This document shows positions 11,643 to 25,314 of a stretch of 64,000 nt of DNA, piece after piece; positions within the stretch are counted from its first letter, which is position 1, and each line of letters opens with the position of its first letter. Origin of the DNA: Flectonema sp. DT1601 (taxonomy: Eukaryota); assembly GCA_964019425.1 (NCBI GenBank), contig OZ025789.1, positions 310,001 to 374,000 of the forward strand, read 5' to 3'. Under the pieces are notes generated by a model. It had not been told where the DNA came from. It searched no databases and saw only the letters and a list, made by a program, of their open reading frames with translations. The position numbers and the translations under genes are program-made.

Positions 11643-12917
11643 CGTTTTATTGTTATTTTTTTTTTTTTTTTTTTTTGGTTGACTTCTCTCCCCTTTTCAC
11701 TCCTTTAAAAAATGATATTAACCATAACAGTTATGTGAGAGTTTTAACGAGGAGTCTGGGTAGCTTACTTCAGTTATGATCAGATAAGAAGACAAGGATA
11801 GCAGGTTGAAAACAACTAAGAGAGAACATTCATCAAATACTGTAGGAGAGAGAAAAGAAAAACTAATTAAGTGAAGTAATTTTAATAAAAATAAAAATAC
11901 CAGCTTCATCGAATCAACTTCAGCCTTTTGATAGTAACCGTAATTATAAATATCACGGTGTATAAAAAGATTTGGAGTATAACAACTTTGGATATAAAAA
12001 AGATGGTGGATTCTCGGAAAAAAAAATTGGTGGATTTTTATAGTAACTATTTAGGTTTCGAGAGTAACTTAAATATACCTCTGAATCATTGTCAGTTAGT
12101 CTAGTCTGGTGGTTATTTAATTTGATTGGGTCTGTGTTAAAAATAGAAGGCATTATAATCACATCTAATCATAATCTCGTAAATGGCAATCATTGTTTGT
12201 TGTGATCTTTATTTTAAAAAAAAAAGAATAAATCAGCCAAACTCATAATTTCATATTGTGAAACCTCTCAAAGTTTTTTACTTGAAAAAAACTTTACGGC
12301 AGCGCCTGTCTCGGAGTTTAGTTTAGTTGAGGGAGTCCAACGAGGTGCGCGCGAGAAACAACAAAAAAAAAAAAAAATAATAAATAAAATAACAGATCAA
12401 AACCATCGGAAATTTCGCCAACAGAATTTCGGAGAATGAAAAAAAAAAAAAAAAAAAAAAAAAAGGGGGAGGCAACTTGATACTATGATTAAATATAAAG
12501 CAACTGAGGAGGGGGATTGGACGGAAAGGAAAAAATACGATCTATGGTATCACAAAGAAATAGACAGTTCTAATTTTTTTTTTAAAAATAAAATAATAAA
12601 AAATAATAATAAGCAGCAAAGAGAACAACACTCAACAAAGAGTTCAACCTGATGTCATTTAAATGTACTTCCTTTGCGGATCTCACTTTCGCAACTACTG
12701 AAACACAAAAAAAAAAAAAAAAAATTCACTGATCGGCAGTGAGAGCCACCATCGTGTCGACCTGCCCAAAACTGGGCGGCGTTCGACAAAACAGATCGGC
12801 TCCAGGAAAGGTAGTTGCAATCCAACAGTCAGACTCTTCTCTCGTGTCAGTGTCAAATTGCTAACTTTGGTACACGTAAATAAAAAGATTTCTTCCCTCA
12901 CCTCTCAGGAAATCCTT

Positions 12918-14318
12918 TTACGCTAGATACGCTCTAATCTTTTCAATTTGAGAAAGAATTTGAGACTTCGCAGTTCCACCCGTTGCATTACGACGCTCAA
13001 CAGAGTGCTCGTAACTCCAAACTGATGAGACGTCGGGTTCGAACTTGTCGCAAATTTGTTGTAATTCAGAAAGAGGGATTTTGTCTAACGGAGTCTTCGT
13101 GTCAGTTGATAACCTGACAATGCAACCAACGATGTGGTGAGTTTCACGAAACGGAATTCCCTTCTTAACTAAGTAGTCAGCGAGGTCAGTAGCCAACAAG
13201 TCAGGTGACAATGCTTTCTTTAACGCCTCAGGATTTACAGTCATAGTCGAAATCACTCCGTTTAATACCCTGAGGCAGAGTTTGACAGTGTCGGCTGTGT
13301 CGAACATTCCTTCCTTATCCTCTTGTAAATCTTTATTGTATGTTGAAGGTAGTCCCTTCATACACATTAAAAGTGATTGAAGTGCTCCAATTACTCTGCC
13401 ACTCTTACCTCGCAAGAGTTCAGTAGAGTCAGGATTCTTCTTTTGTGGCATCAATGAAGATCCAGTGCTGTATTGGTCAGATAGAGTGACGAAATTAAAC
13501 TCAGCAGTGCAGTAGATGCAAAAGTCTTCTGAAATACGAGAAATGTGAATCATCAACATAGAACAATCGAATAAAAACTGCGCAATGAAATCTCTGTCTG
13601 AAGTGCTATCCAACGAGTTCCAAGTCGCTCCGCCTTCAAAACCCAATTCCTTCGCTAAGAATTCTCTGTCTACTCCAAAAGGGTTGCCAGCCAATGCTGA
13701 TGACCCTAACGGACAAAGACCAAGTCCAAGTGGATTTTTTTGTAAATTTTTTAATCTGTCAAAATCTCTAACCCATGAACTCGCATGACTAAGTAACCAA
13801 TGAGACCACCTGATAGGTTGAGCACGTTGTAAATGAGTGTATCCAGGTAGGATGAGTGAAATGTCTTGTTCAGCTTTCTCAACTGTCGTGTTAATTAATG
13901 TTGAAAGCAACGATAGGATCTCGTCAAGTTCATCAGTCAACCATAATCTAACATCAACTGCTACTTGGTCATTTCGAGATCTCCCCGTGTGGAGTTTACC
14001 AGCGATTTCTTTTCCAATTAAATCAGATAACTCTCTTTCATTAGCAGTGTGAATATCTTCATCCCCATATTGAATTTCAAATTTGCCGTCAATCCATTTC
14101 TTTTCAACTTCTTTAAGTCCTTCTTCGATAGCCTTTTGTTCAGCTTCAGTAATTAATTCCATTTTTACTAATGCTTTTGAGTATGCGATGCTTCCCTTTA
14201 CATCATGTGAGTAAAGTCTTTGGTCGTAAGGTATTGAATCATTGAATTTCTTCATTGTCGTGTCAACTCCTTCAGAGAATCTCCCTCCGTTTTTAAATAA
14301 ACCTCCTCGTTCAGTCAT
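12918..14318 (-). CDS. ASL: Argininosuccinate lyase
   Basis: Motifs EDIHTANER, LHTGRSRNDQ, PGYTHLQRAQP, the fumarase-superfamily signature GSSLMPQKKNPD, and YNKDLQEDK; start placed at MTERGG (14318). Confidence 0.96.
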   Translation of the reverse strand: MTERGGLFKNGGRFSEGVDTTMKKFNDSIPYDQRLYSHDVKGSIAYSKALVKMELITEAEQKAIEEGLKEVEKKWIDGKFEIQYGDEDIHTANERELSDLIGKEIAGKLHTGRSRNDQVAVDVRLWLTDELDEILSLLSTLINTTVEKAEQDISLILPGYTHLQRAQPIRWSHWLLSHASSWVRDFDRLKNLQKNPLGLGLCPLGSSALAGNPFGVDREFLAKELGFEGGATWNSLDSTSDRDFIAQFLFDCSMLMIHISRISEDFCIYCTAEFNFVTLSDQYSTGSSLMPQKKNPDSTELLRGKSGRVIGALQSLLMCMKGLPSTYNKDLQEDKEGMFDTADTVKLCLRVLNGVISTMTVNPEALKKALSPDLLATDLADYLVKKGIPFRETHHIVGCIVRLSTDTKTPLDKIPLSELQQICDKFEPDVSSVWSYEHSVERRNATGGTAKSQILSQIEKIRAYLA

Positions 14319-16194
14319 TTTTTTTTTTAGAGTTTGTTCAAAGCTGTGGGATGTAAAAAATTTCTTTGAAAAAAAAAATTTTTTTTCTTTCAAAAACGAA
14401 GCAGTTATTCAAGTATGCAGTCGTCCTGTAGGTATTCCCTAAAGTCAGCTACTGGAGTACCTGATTGATGTACTGAGTAGGATCCTGTTACAAAAAAAAA
14501 ACACTTATAAATAAGAGTTGTCACCGAGGGAAAAAAAAATTTTTTTCGCTCGAAAGGCAAAAAACGACCACAAAAAACAACGGGTAAGCATATAAATTGG
14601 GGAAGAAGAAGAAAAATGAAAAGGAAAAAAAAAAAGGGGGGGGGAGGGAGGGATGTAAATGAAGGGAAGAGACGAGAATATAAGAACGCGAACAAATAAA
14701 GAAAAAGGGGAAGGAAAGGACGGGAAAGAGGGGACAAGAGTTTTTTTTTTTGTTTTATTTTTTTTTTTTCTTTTTTTTTTTTTTCCGACCCAATATTCCT
14801 GCAGTTCAATTCCGAAGTTCACAAGTGCTTTCCTACACACACGCCCTCTGTGTAAATGAAAAGAAGAAAAAAAAAACTTTTCCACTTTAATCTTAAATCT
14901 TTACAAATCGTATTGACATCTATTTGTGGCATTCAAAAATGTAGAAACCAAAAAAAAAAAAAAAATCAAAATCAAAATCAAAATCAATTTTTATTTTTAT
15001 TTTTATTTTTTGCTGTGTAAGTGTTTATCGAAGGAAACCCGTCTCACCGAACCCCACGATCATAATGCAATATGAATGAATGAATGAATTAGCAGCCATT
15101 TCCAGATAGGATTGCATATCGAAAGGTAAGAGGACGAGAGAGCTACGATAAACAAAAAAAAAAAAAAAAAAAACTTTTTTTTTGCCTTCATAAAAATGTT
15201 GTCAAAAATAAAAAAAAGGGGGATGAAAAAAAAAAGGGGGGGAGGAAAATTGACATCCTTTTGATAAAAATCTCGATAGAAGGATTCAAAAAAAAAGAAA
15301 AGGTGAGCGAGAAGAGAGAGACGACATCCGAATCTTACTAATTACTAGTTTTTTTGGTTTGTTTTCGTTTTTTTTTTTTTTGAATCTAACATTTAATATT
15401 CAAAACCTCTGAAAAATCTCATTCGGCACCACATGTACTAAGGCACTAAGTAGACATACGAAAATAATTTTTTTTTTTTCCCCACGTTTTTAGAGAAACC
15501 TCCGCAATGAAAAATAACAACGAAGGGTGGGAATATATTTAAAAAAAGAAAAGAACGAAAAACAATCTGATCGCATAACGATGAGAAAAGGGAAAACAAA
15601 AAAAAAAAAAATGTTGAAACAAAAAAAAAGGATGGTGATGGGGATGGTGATTTCATTTTTTTTTTTATTTTTTTTTTTTATGTTTTGTGAAAGAATTTAA
15701 GTATCCATATTCAAGAGAAAAGAAATGAAAAAAAAAAAAACATACGCGGTTTTCAGAATCCAAGAATCCAGAGCAGGAATATATATTTCTGACCACACTC
15801 TTTAAAATTTAAAACTCAGCTATTCGAGTTTTCGATTATATTATTTTTTGTACCTACGAAAACCCATTGTTTTTGGTAGAAAGAGAATTGTGTCAGCGTA
15901 ACTAACCTATATTCTTTTATTGGGATTTTGCTCCGATAGCACACAAACAAAATAAAAGCGTGAATAAAAAAGTAAAAGGTTTGCTGATTTTTTTTTTTTT
16001 TTTTTTTTTTTTTTGTTCTGTTCCGAATACTTCATTTCACAAACATAATGGACGTATACTATGATGGAGGGGTTAGAGAAAAAGAGAGGGATTTTGAGGG
16101 AAAATAATAATGACTGACATACTTATACAAAAATAACTCTCTGTAAGAAAAATAAAACACAAAAATATAACAAATAGAAAAGACCCCCTCTTTT

Positions 16195-17090
16195 GATTAT
16201 TTAAATCAAATAGTCACCGTAAGGGGGTAACCCGCACCAGTAGAGGACCCAATCACGGGGATTGTATATATGTCCAACACCAGTATGGGGAAAATAAATG
16301 AATGAATAAAGCTTGTCCCTGATTATTTAAGTCAAAGAGTCACCGCAAGAGAGTAACCCGCACCAGAAGAGGACCCAACCACGGAGATTGTATGTATGTC
16401 CAATAAACCAGTTTGGGGAAAATGAATGAATGAATGAAAAAATGAATAAGCTTGCCTGATTTTTTAAATCAGATAGTTACCGCAAGAGAGTAACCCGCAC
16501 CAGAAGAGGACCCAATCACGGGGATTGTATATATGTCCAATACACCAGTTTGGGGAAAATAAATAAATGAATAAGCCTGTCCCTGATTATTTAAATCAAA
16601 TAGTCACCGCAAGAGAGTAACCCGCACCAGAAGAGGACCCAACCACGGGGATTGTATGTATGTCCAACAAACTGGTTTGGGGAAAATGAATGAACGAAAA
16701 AACGAATAAGCTTGTCCCTGATTATTTAAATCAAATAGTTACCGCAAGAGAGTAACCCGCACCAGAAGAGGACCCAATCACGGGGATTGTATTTCTGTCC
16801 AACAGACCAGTTTGGGAAAAATAAATAAATGAATAAATGAATAAGCTTGTCCATGATTATTTAAAAGGGAGTAACCCGCACCAGTAGAGGACCCAATCAC
16901 GGGGATTGTATTTCTGTCCAACACCAGTATGGGGAAAATAAATGAATGAATGAATAAATGAATGAAGCCTGTCCCTGATTATTTAAATAAATAGTCACCG
17001 CAAGAGAGTAACCCGCACCAGTAGAGGACCCAATCACGGAGATTGTATATATGTCCGACACCAGTTTAGAAAAAATAAATAAAACAAAGC
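16195..17090. repeat. Tandem repeat, about 7 units of ~120-135 bp
   Basis: Unit core GATTATTTAAATCAAATAGTCACCGCAAGAGAGTAACCCGCACCAGAAGAGGACCCAATCACGGGGATTGTA. Confidence 0.92.
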
Positions 17091-17664
17091 ATGTCTGATA
17101 GGAAAATAGAGACGGTACCACATTGCTTCATGATATAGTCGCATGCGTCCCATGCTACGAAAATGAAAAAAAAAAAAAAAAAAAAAAAAACAGAATTCAA
17201 AGGGAATATATAAAAAAAGAGCAACACGAATCACTAATCTGCAGGGAATAGAATAAAAAGAAAAAAATATAATAATAATTAAAAAAAAGTTCCAAATGAG
17301 ACAGTTAGTTTTTAAATCTTAACTGCTCCGGACCAGAACTTTTTTTTTTTTTTTTTTTTGTATGTTGCATCGAATAAATAGTATCGATTCATATAAAAGC
17401 ATTTGTTTGTTTGATTAGTTTTTTGTTAGTTATTTAATCCAACGTTACTGTGAGTGCTCCAGGAGGGTAATTCACAGCAACAGAGGACCCAATCCGCAAC
17501 TGTTTTCGAAAGACTCAACATGGATTGTTGAATTAGTCATTAGCTTCAACCGAAGGGATGTAATGTAACTTATAAAATTGGTCATCGCACACAGGCAATA
17601 CTGTTTACAAAATAACGGTTCTTAGTCCAAAATGGTTTTTCTTCTTTTTCGACTTTTTGTCTGT

Positions 17665-17700
<36 letters not shown>

Positions 17701-18592
17701 TTTTTTTTTTCATGAGAAAAAACCTCTCTAAGAACCCTTGTCAACATTCTTTACCTTGAAAAAAAATTTTGAATGAATGAATAAAATATAATGAAAAAAA
17801 AAAAAAAAGAGAAAAGAGAAATAAATCCAATTATTCTATTTACGGCTAGTGACAAGCGTTAGAATAAAAAAGGAAACGTTATAAAAGAATAATGAAGGGG
17901 GTATGAAGGGGGGGAAAACCGCGAAATCCCAACAACAAAGAAACTCTAAAATAAATGTAAATTACATTGCATAGTGCCCATCACAACTCTACAGAGCCAT
18001 GGAGCAGCAGCAACGTAAGTAGACAATCTTCTTAGAATTATTATGGTATAGGTCAGGCCGTCGGGGCATCCTAAACACAGCATGTCATTGTCAGATTTCT
18101 ACTTTGCCCGATTGTAGGCAGGAGTGGCTGGCTGATGTAGAATTCTTCAAAAATCAACCTTCAAAGGAACAAAATTCTTTTTTTTTTAGACTTTTTTTTC
18201 AGGATGGGGCACACCATAAATGTTTTTGCTTAAAAGTTAGCTGTTTCGGACTTTTTTTTTTTTTTGCTACAAAAAAAAAAAAAAAAGAAGAAGAAAATAC
18301 AAAATACAAATTTTCAGTTTCAGTGCCCTCTGTAAAGAATTAATTCACAACGTTGTGAAAATTTGTTTTTATTTTCCCTCCCACCCCCCTTTCCGGTGAT
18401 ATGACGGTACCAGAAGAGAGGCAGAGGTCTGTCAGGGACAACAACAACAACATTATGAAACGTTAAGAAAACCGATTTGAGCGCAGTACCATCCTTTTCA
18501 CAAAAGGACAAGAGAAAAGGAAAGTTGCTCTCAGCTAAAAAAAAAAAAAAAAAAAAAGTAACAGTCACTCGCAATGTAGGGAAAAAACCAAA

Positions 18593-18627
<35 letters not shown>

Positions 18628-21600
18628 CCCTTCTCAAATAAGTAGACAGTTCGTCATTGACAATGACGCAATGTGGCTGTTAAATCCCTTTTCCAATCTT
18701 ACATACAACCCCCAGGTAAGCCCAAAAAATAATAAAACCGAAGGAAGTACAGAACCACAACTCCACAAACCATCACTTTCCTAGAAAAGTTAGTCTTAGG
18801 CTATACTAGCAAGGGGGCAATACAAACAAATAAACAATCAAATCAAGTACGTAAGGACATCAAACAAAAAAATGATATTCGGTTTCGAGTTCAGATTAAA
18901 AAAAGTATCTTTCTACGTAGAAAAACAGTAATAAACTTTTACTATGACTTCGGAGGGGTCTGAGTAACCCTCACCAGTTAGAGAACCCAATCACGAAAAT
19001 TGGGTTTTTTTTTTTTTTTTTTTTTTTTTATAGCTACGGCTGGAAGGACTAATTCCCAGGTGTTCATCTTGCCTAGATACTAACAGGTTTTATAAAACAA
19101 ATAAATAAAATGATGTTGGGGAGGTAACTTGATACTAATATTAAATGGAAAGCAACTTGAAACTGGCAAAAACGAGAATGTTCGGCCAAACCTGGTTGCA
19201 ATATAAGAAGGGGAGGGGGAAAATGGTAGAGATGAGTGGTAGTAAACATTTTTTTTTTAATTCCAATATGTACCACAAAAAAAAAAAAATAAAAAATAAA
19301 AAAATAATATAAAAACATTGACCACGATCACCCCTAACCGTCCCAAGCTAAAAAACTGTTAAGGGGCTTACCGAAGGTTTCGTGTAGGAAGCACCACAAA
19401 TTTGGGCAACACGAATAGCTATACCAATCCTTAAGGAACAGAACCTCATATATAAAGAGACAAGTCAGTTTTAGGTCTTAACTGCTCCGGACCAAAAGGG
19501 TATGTCAGGTTTTGAATAATAAGAAAGCAGCCTGCAGTTAAAAAAACCACAGTCTTATGTAGATAACATGTATCAAAGGTCTACAACGTGGGGTAATAGT
19601 TCGGCAATGTAGAGAAAACAGTAATAAACTTTAAAATACTAATATAAGTAATAAATAAAGGTTAAACTGAGAAGAAATGACAGCTTTCATTTTTTATTTT
19701 TTTAGAATAATATTAGATTAAAAGACACAAATGGATTGCACTCGTACGAAACTGAAATAATGCTTATGAATCATTGTCGAATCTGGTAGTGGGACAAACA
19801 AATCAAAGTGGAGTATGAGGGGGGAAACTTCAAACAATGTAAAAAAAAAACAGTAACAACCTTTAGGTATTAATACAAAAATTAATATCAAAAAAGTGTA
19901 TTTTTTTGACTGAAAAAAATATATTTACATCATGGAGGGAGGGAATTTTTTTTTTTTTTCCTTTTTTTTTTTTCCCTTCTGACATCGACATTCATAAATG
20001 ATATTTCAAAAAAAAAAAAAAAAAAGGGTGGGAAAAAAGGAGAGGTATGGAGAATAAGACACAGTTCAGTGCAGACATAAGAATCACCTTCACTGCATCT
20101 TTTTTTTTTTTTTTTTTTTTAATATAAAATGAAACAAACAGACCAGCAAAGAGACACTATATACAAAAAATAATATAAACTGAGGATCTCACACAACTGT
20201 TTTTATAGATGTTTTTCAGTGTCACTTTTCATTTCGTTTATTATTTATTTCTTGAAGTCAGAGCACTTAAAAACCAACAGGATCAGCCATGCGATACTGC
20301 ACAGCCGTAAGACTCCCTCCGGGTAAGTGTTAAGGTCGTTGTTAAATAATAAACACCTCGTGAAGAAACAAAACAAAGTAATAACAATCATAAAAATAAT
20401 ATTTAAAAAAAAAAAAAAAAAAAAAGACAGTTTTGTGGACAATGCGTCGTTTACAATGCATGTTTTTTTTTTTTTGTTTTTTTTTTTTTGTTTTTCTTTT
20501 CCATCATCTTAAACAACACTAATGGAAACAAACAATAAAAATAAATAATTATGTGGAGAGAGTCTGTTAATAAATGAATAAGTAAAGAAAACATGACTTT
20601 GCATATGAGGGGGTTTGCCTCAAAAAAAGATGCTGCTCGAAATGTAAATGGGGGAAAAAAAAAAGAAAAAAAAAAGATAGTCACGGATTCACGCTGTTGG
20701 AAAAGAGCGTAACAATACTGTTGCTCATTTCCTTGAAGCTGAGCAAATTAGAGAATTCAGCTGACTTTTTTTTTTTTTTTTTTTTTTTTTGAATCCCACT
20801 CTCGTGTCAACATGACACCAATCACATAAAATTTTTTCTTTGAAGAGTGTCATCTTTTTTTTTTTTTTTTTTTTTTGATTTTGTAATTAACAACAAAAAA
20901 AAAAAAAAAAAAAAAAATCAGAAAAGGAGAAAAGGAGAAAAGGAGAAAAAGGAGAAAGGGGATAAAGAAATTAAGGACTCTCTCCTTTTTTTTTTTTTTT
21001 TTCTTGCCAGACTTCCATCAGCAAGGCCATGCAGCTAAACTTCCTCTACGCAAAGCCACTCCTGAGGCCTAACTACATCACTGTCCATTAGAGTGTGTTG
21101 TGATGTTGTGTAGCAGCTTCCACTTGAGCGTTCTTCAGATTTTTTTTTTTTTTTTTTTTTTTGGGATTTCCACATGGCACTTTTCAAGAGTTTTTTTTTT
21201 TTAGGCCAAAAAAAAATCCCCATAAGAAAAAATACACTATTATATTTTTTGGTTGATTTTCATTGACTTTTTCTAGACCTGATCTTGTCAGAAAACAGCT
21301 TCGTAGCACAACCAAATATCGTTATCATATCCACAATGTATTCCGTGTGACAAAGTCGCATAAAATGCAACCTTTTTGCCACATGGAAGAAAAAAAAAAA
21401 AAAAAAAAAAAAAGGCTACAGTAGGTTAATATTCGTGCCATTAACTTTACCTTTAGCGTCATTACTGTGAGAAGAAAACAAACAAAAAAAAAAAAAAATA
21501 AATAATGATAATAATGATAATAATGATAATAATGATAATAAAAAATCAGCCCTCTAAAATCAGTGAGATTCGAAGAGAAATAATTTTTAAAAAAAAAAAA

Positions 21601-22671
21601 AATGTTCACCAAAGATATCACTGCATTATTTCTACATTCCCTATTCTGTCATATTTGTGTTAAAGTCTTAACAACAGGGGGGGAAGACTGTTTGATTAGG
21701 TTCATACGAATATAAATCTTAACCACAGGGGGGTTAGATTGGTGCAAAAAAAAAAAAAATGTATTTTGGTGCCACAATAATTTTTTTTGACAATCAAGAT
21801 AATAATCCAAATTGAATTTCTCAAAGATGATAAGATTACAGGGTGATCGCCAGAGAAAATTTAAAAAAAAAAAAACATCTGAATTTTTTTTTAAAAAAAA
21901 AAAAAGAAGAAGAAGTAGTAGTAGTAGAAGAAGAAGAATAATCAAAAAAAAAAAAAAAAAAAAGGAGTATACGAGAGAAGAGGGGTGATACAACACTAAC
22001 TATTTTCTCATCATCAGTTATGGTGTAAAAAAAAGTTAGTCAGTCAACTACCGAGACTGAATCACCCCCCTAGTGTCAACAACCCTGGTAGTGTAGCCAT
22101 TTCCAATTGTTCGAGTACAGAGTGATGTGGGGGGGGTGGCGAGGGATTTGTAAAATACAACCGTACTGTATCAATAACATAAACGACTTGTTCAACGATA
22201 CAACATCTTTAGCGATAATCTCAGCTTGCTGAAGTAACTATTTAGGTTTTGAGAATAATTCATAAACCTCTTTATAAGTTATGGTGTAGAAGTAAGTCAG
22301 TCAACTACCGAGATTGAATCGCCCGAAGTGAAGGGAGAGGAAGAGGTGAGAGAGAGATAAAAAAAATAAAATAAAATAAAAAGCAATATCGAAAAATACG
22401 AAAATCGGAAACTACCTACCCCAACACAACAAACAGGGGTTTCACTTTTGAAGTGCAAAAAAAAACTTTCCCAAGGCGTTTTCGAGGTCGTGTGTTTAAA
22501 ACAAAAAACAAAAAAAAGCGTCAACACAACTGGGAAGGGTCGAATTCAGGGAGAGAAAAGGGGAATAGTAGAAGGGAAGAGAGATGACAAGTAACGTAAA
22601 AGGAAAACAAAAAAAAAAAAGGTATTTCTCAAACCCAACAAAGTTGGAGAACAGACATCCTCAACCATTCT

Positions 22672-23689
22672 TCACAGGTAAGGCTGATGTTGCATTAGAG
22701 GAGCCTTCGCGTACACAAAACCTGCCTCAATACAAAGAGACTGAGGAGTGATGCTGCTGTCACTGTTGTTGTTTGTTTGTTTTTGTTTTTTTTTAAATCC
22801 CATTAGAAAAAATAAAAACATACGTAAATGGAGTGGTTGGTAAACTATCAGCTGAACTGTGGGTATCATTTACACAAGAGTGTTCCTGTTTTGATTGTTT
22901 TTTTATCACTTATTACAACAAAGATAATCAATTTCAAATAAATAATTTAAAAAAAAAAAGAAAAATACAAACCTTTTGAATTCTCAAGTTCGCTAATTCT
23001 ACTTCAGCAGCGGCAGCCTGAGCTCGAAGTCTTGAGGCCATCTGTTCAGCATAGACTAGTTTATTATCGATAGTAACTGGTTGATGCACTACCACGTGGG
23101 GTGCCCAGATATCTTGTGCAGTTCCTTCTGTTCTTAGAACAATTGGTCCAGTTGGGACTTGAATAACTGTTGGAGGAGGAGGAGGGGAGATATCACTGGT
23201 TGAGGGGCTAGGTGCCAACCGATTGTGACCTGATCCCTTCATTCCTTCATGAACATATTTACAAGAGTCTCCTCTGTTGCATGTTCCTGCAGCCCAGTCT
23301 CTACATGTCGGTGTACCTCTTCGTGGTCCAGTTCCAACATGAGCAAATTTACAACGATCACCTCGATTGCATTTTCCAGCTGAGAAGTCTTTACAAGAAA
23401 TTAAACTTTTCGTTTCTTTTCCATCGTCTTTCTTCTCAATCAGCGGTGATGGTCCGATGTGAGCGAATCCACATGCAACTCCTCTGTTACAGAAACCTCT
23501 CGCCCAATGTCTGCAAACATCAAATTTTCTTCCTTTGTCATCACTTATTGATTGGTGTGGAAGCTGAGATATTTGCATTCCCTTTTCCAGTTCTATGATC
23601 TCATCGGGCTGTAGTACAAGTGACCCCGTCAAATCATTTGCAACGATTAAAGAAGCAGCACACACAGGACTCTGAGTAACTGCCGTCAT
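22672..23689 (-). CDS. CCCH zinc-finger RNA-binding protein, 3 exons (23689-22973, 22885-22824, 22762-22672)
   Basis: Three C-x7-C-x5-C-x3-H fingers (CRHWARGFCNRGVACGFAH, CKDFSAGKCNRGDRCKFAH, CRDWAAGTCNRGDSCKYVH); two GT-AG introns whose removal keeps the frame to TGA at 22672. Confidence 0.85.
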
Positions 23690-23853
23690 TGGTTGTTTCT
23701 TAGGTGTTTGTTTGTTTGTTCCTTTTTTTTTTCTTTTTTTTTTTTTTTTTTCTTTTTTTTTTTCCTTTTTGTAGATTTCTTCCTTTCTAAGTAGCTGGGT
23801 GAGAGAGATGAATAATTTAATTTTTTTTAACATGGATTGCAAAAAAAACTATC

Positions 23854-23889
<36 letters not shown>

Positions 23890-24092
23890 CACAACCAAAA
23901 ATCTTAGAAAAGAGCAGGAGAACAAAACTACCAAATACTAACTCATAAACTAAACAGTTATAATACATCACTAATTCATCACTTTTTTTTTTTTTTTTTT
24001 CTTTGAGGTAGCCCTCTGCCATCTAATATTATGGTGGAAACCATTGGTAGAGGGGGGAAGAAGAAAAGGGAAAAAAAATATCATGTAATTAT

Positions 24093-25314
24093 TCACGAGA
24101 GTTGTCCTTTGCCTTTCCATGCAAGTATTGTTTGAATATTATTGCTGACGAGATCAGCGTAACCTGTGTCACCTGCCTTACTCCATTGGAGATTGCTTTC
24201 AGCTACGCCAACTTTTATACGACATTGTTGAATTTTTTGTTGATCTCCAAGAATATGATAAACTTTGTAACTCTCCTTATAATAATGGACCGCTTTGGTG
24301 TGTTCTGATAAAGTTGTGTACAGCTGACCTAACTGCTGACATGATCCAGCTATACCTGGAATATCGTCGTGTTCTTCAGCTATCTCTAGAGCACGTTTAA
24401 GTGATTGAACGGCTTCCTCATGTTGCTGAAGTCTTTCTTGAAGTGCTGCACATTCTCTAACTGCTTTTCCTTCCCTTCTGTCACTATTAAGTTGTTTTGA
24501 TACGAGTAGAAATCTCTTTTGATATTCCAGTGCCTTATTCAAGTCTCCCAACAGCACAGTTATTCCTCCCAGTTTACTGTATGCTTCAGCTTCTGCTTCT
24601 TTATCTCCGTTGTTGCTGGCAGTGTGAACTGCCTTGTCGTAGTATTCCTTTGCCTCGTCGTAGAGCGCTTCTTTTTCAAGTTGCTCAGCATTTGACACGT
24701 AGACTCTTACAAGATTCTTATTAGCTTTTGATTTTAATTCCACTGTTCGAGATGCTTCAGCAATTCGAAGGAACGTTTCGTGGCATCGAACGGCTTCCTT
24801 CAAATTCCCTATTCTCTCATATGCGAGGCCTAGAACTTCAAATGCAGTTCCCTCAAGTTCCTTATCAGAGCTTAATTTCACACATTTCAAGGCAGTGTTG
24901 TGAAAGTTTATTGCTGTTGCTGTATCTCCACAGCTTTCGAAATAGTCTGCGAGTTCGATGTATCTGATTGTTGTTGTTGTTTTACTCAACACTTTTTTTG
25001 TGTTGTTTGTGGGGTTGGTATATCAAAAAACAGGAAATAAGTCATAATCATAAGATCGGTTTTCAGTCGGTACAACAAAAAACATACTTATCATAAACAT
25101 CTGAAAATTTTGATTTTCTTTTACTTTCTTCCGCCTCTGCGAGTATTTCAGCAATCCAGGGAAGTTTATCTTTCGAAACTGAAAACATCTCACCCGCCAA
25201 CTGATCAATACAAACAGGTTCTCTGTGAGAGAGTCTATATAAATCAATGAAGGAGTTCACACATCCTCTCATTAGAATATCAACACACAGTTTTGTTGCT
25301 GGATTTTCATCCAT
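24093..25314 (-). CDS. TTC29: Tetratricopeptide repeat protein, TTC29-like, 2 exons (25314-25088, 24963-24093)
   Basis: TPR array; N-terminal LCVDILMRGCVNSFIDLYRL resembles TTC29; a GTATGT...CAG intron joins the two ORF-track pieces in frame (VYDK-YIELADYF). Confidence 0.75.

Noticed and set aside
14405..22527. Many short poly-F/poly-K ORFs
   Set aside because: Produced by A/T homopolymers; no coding signal.
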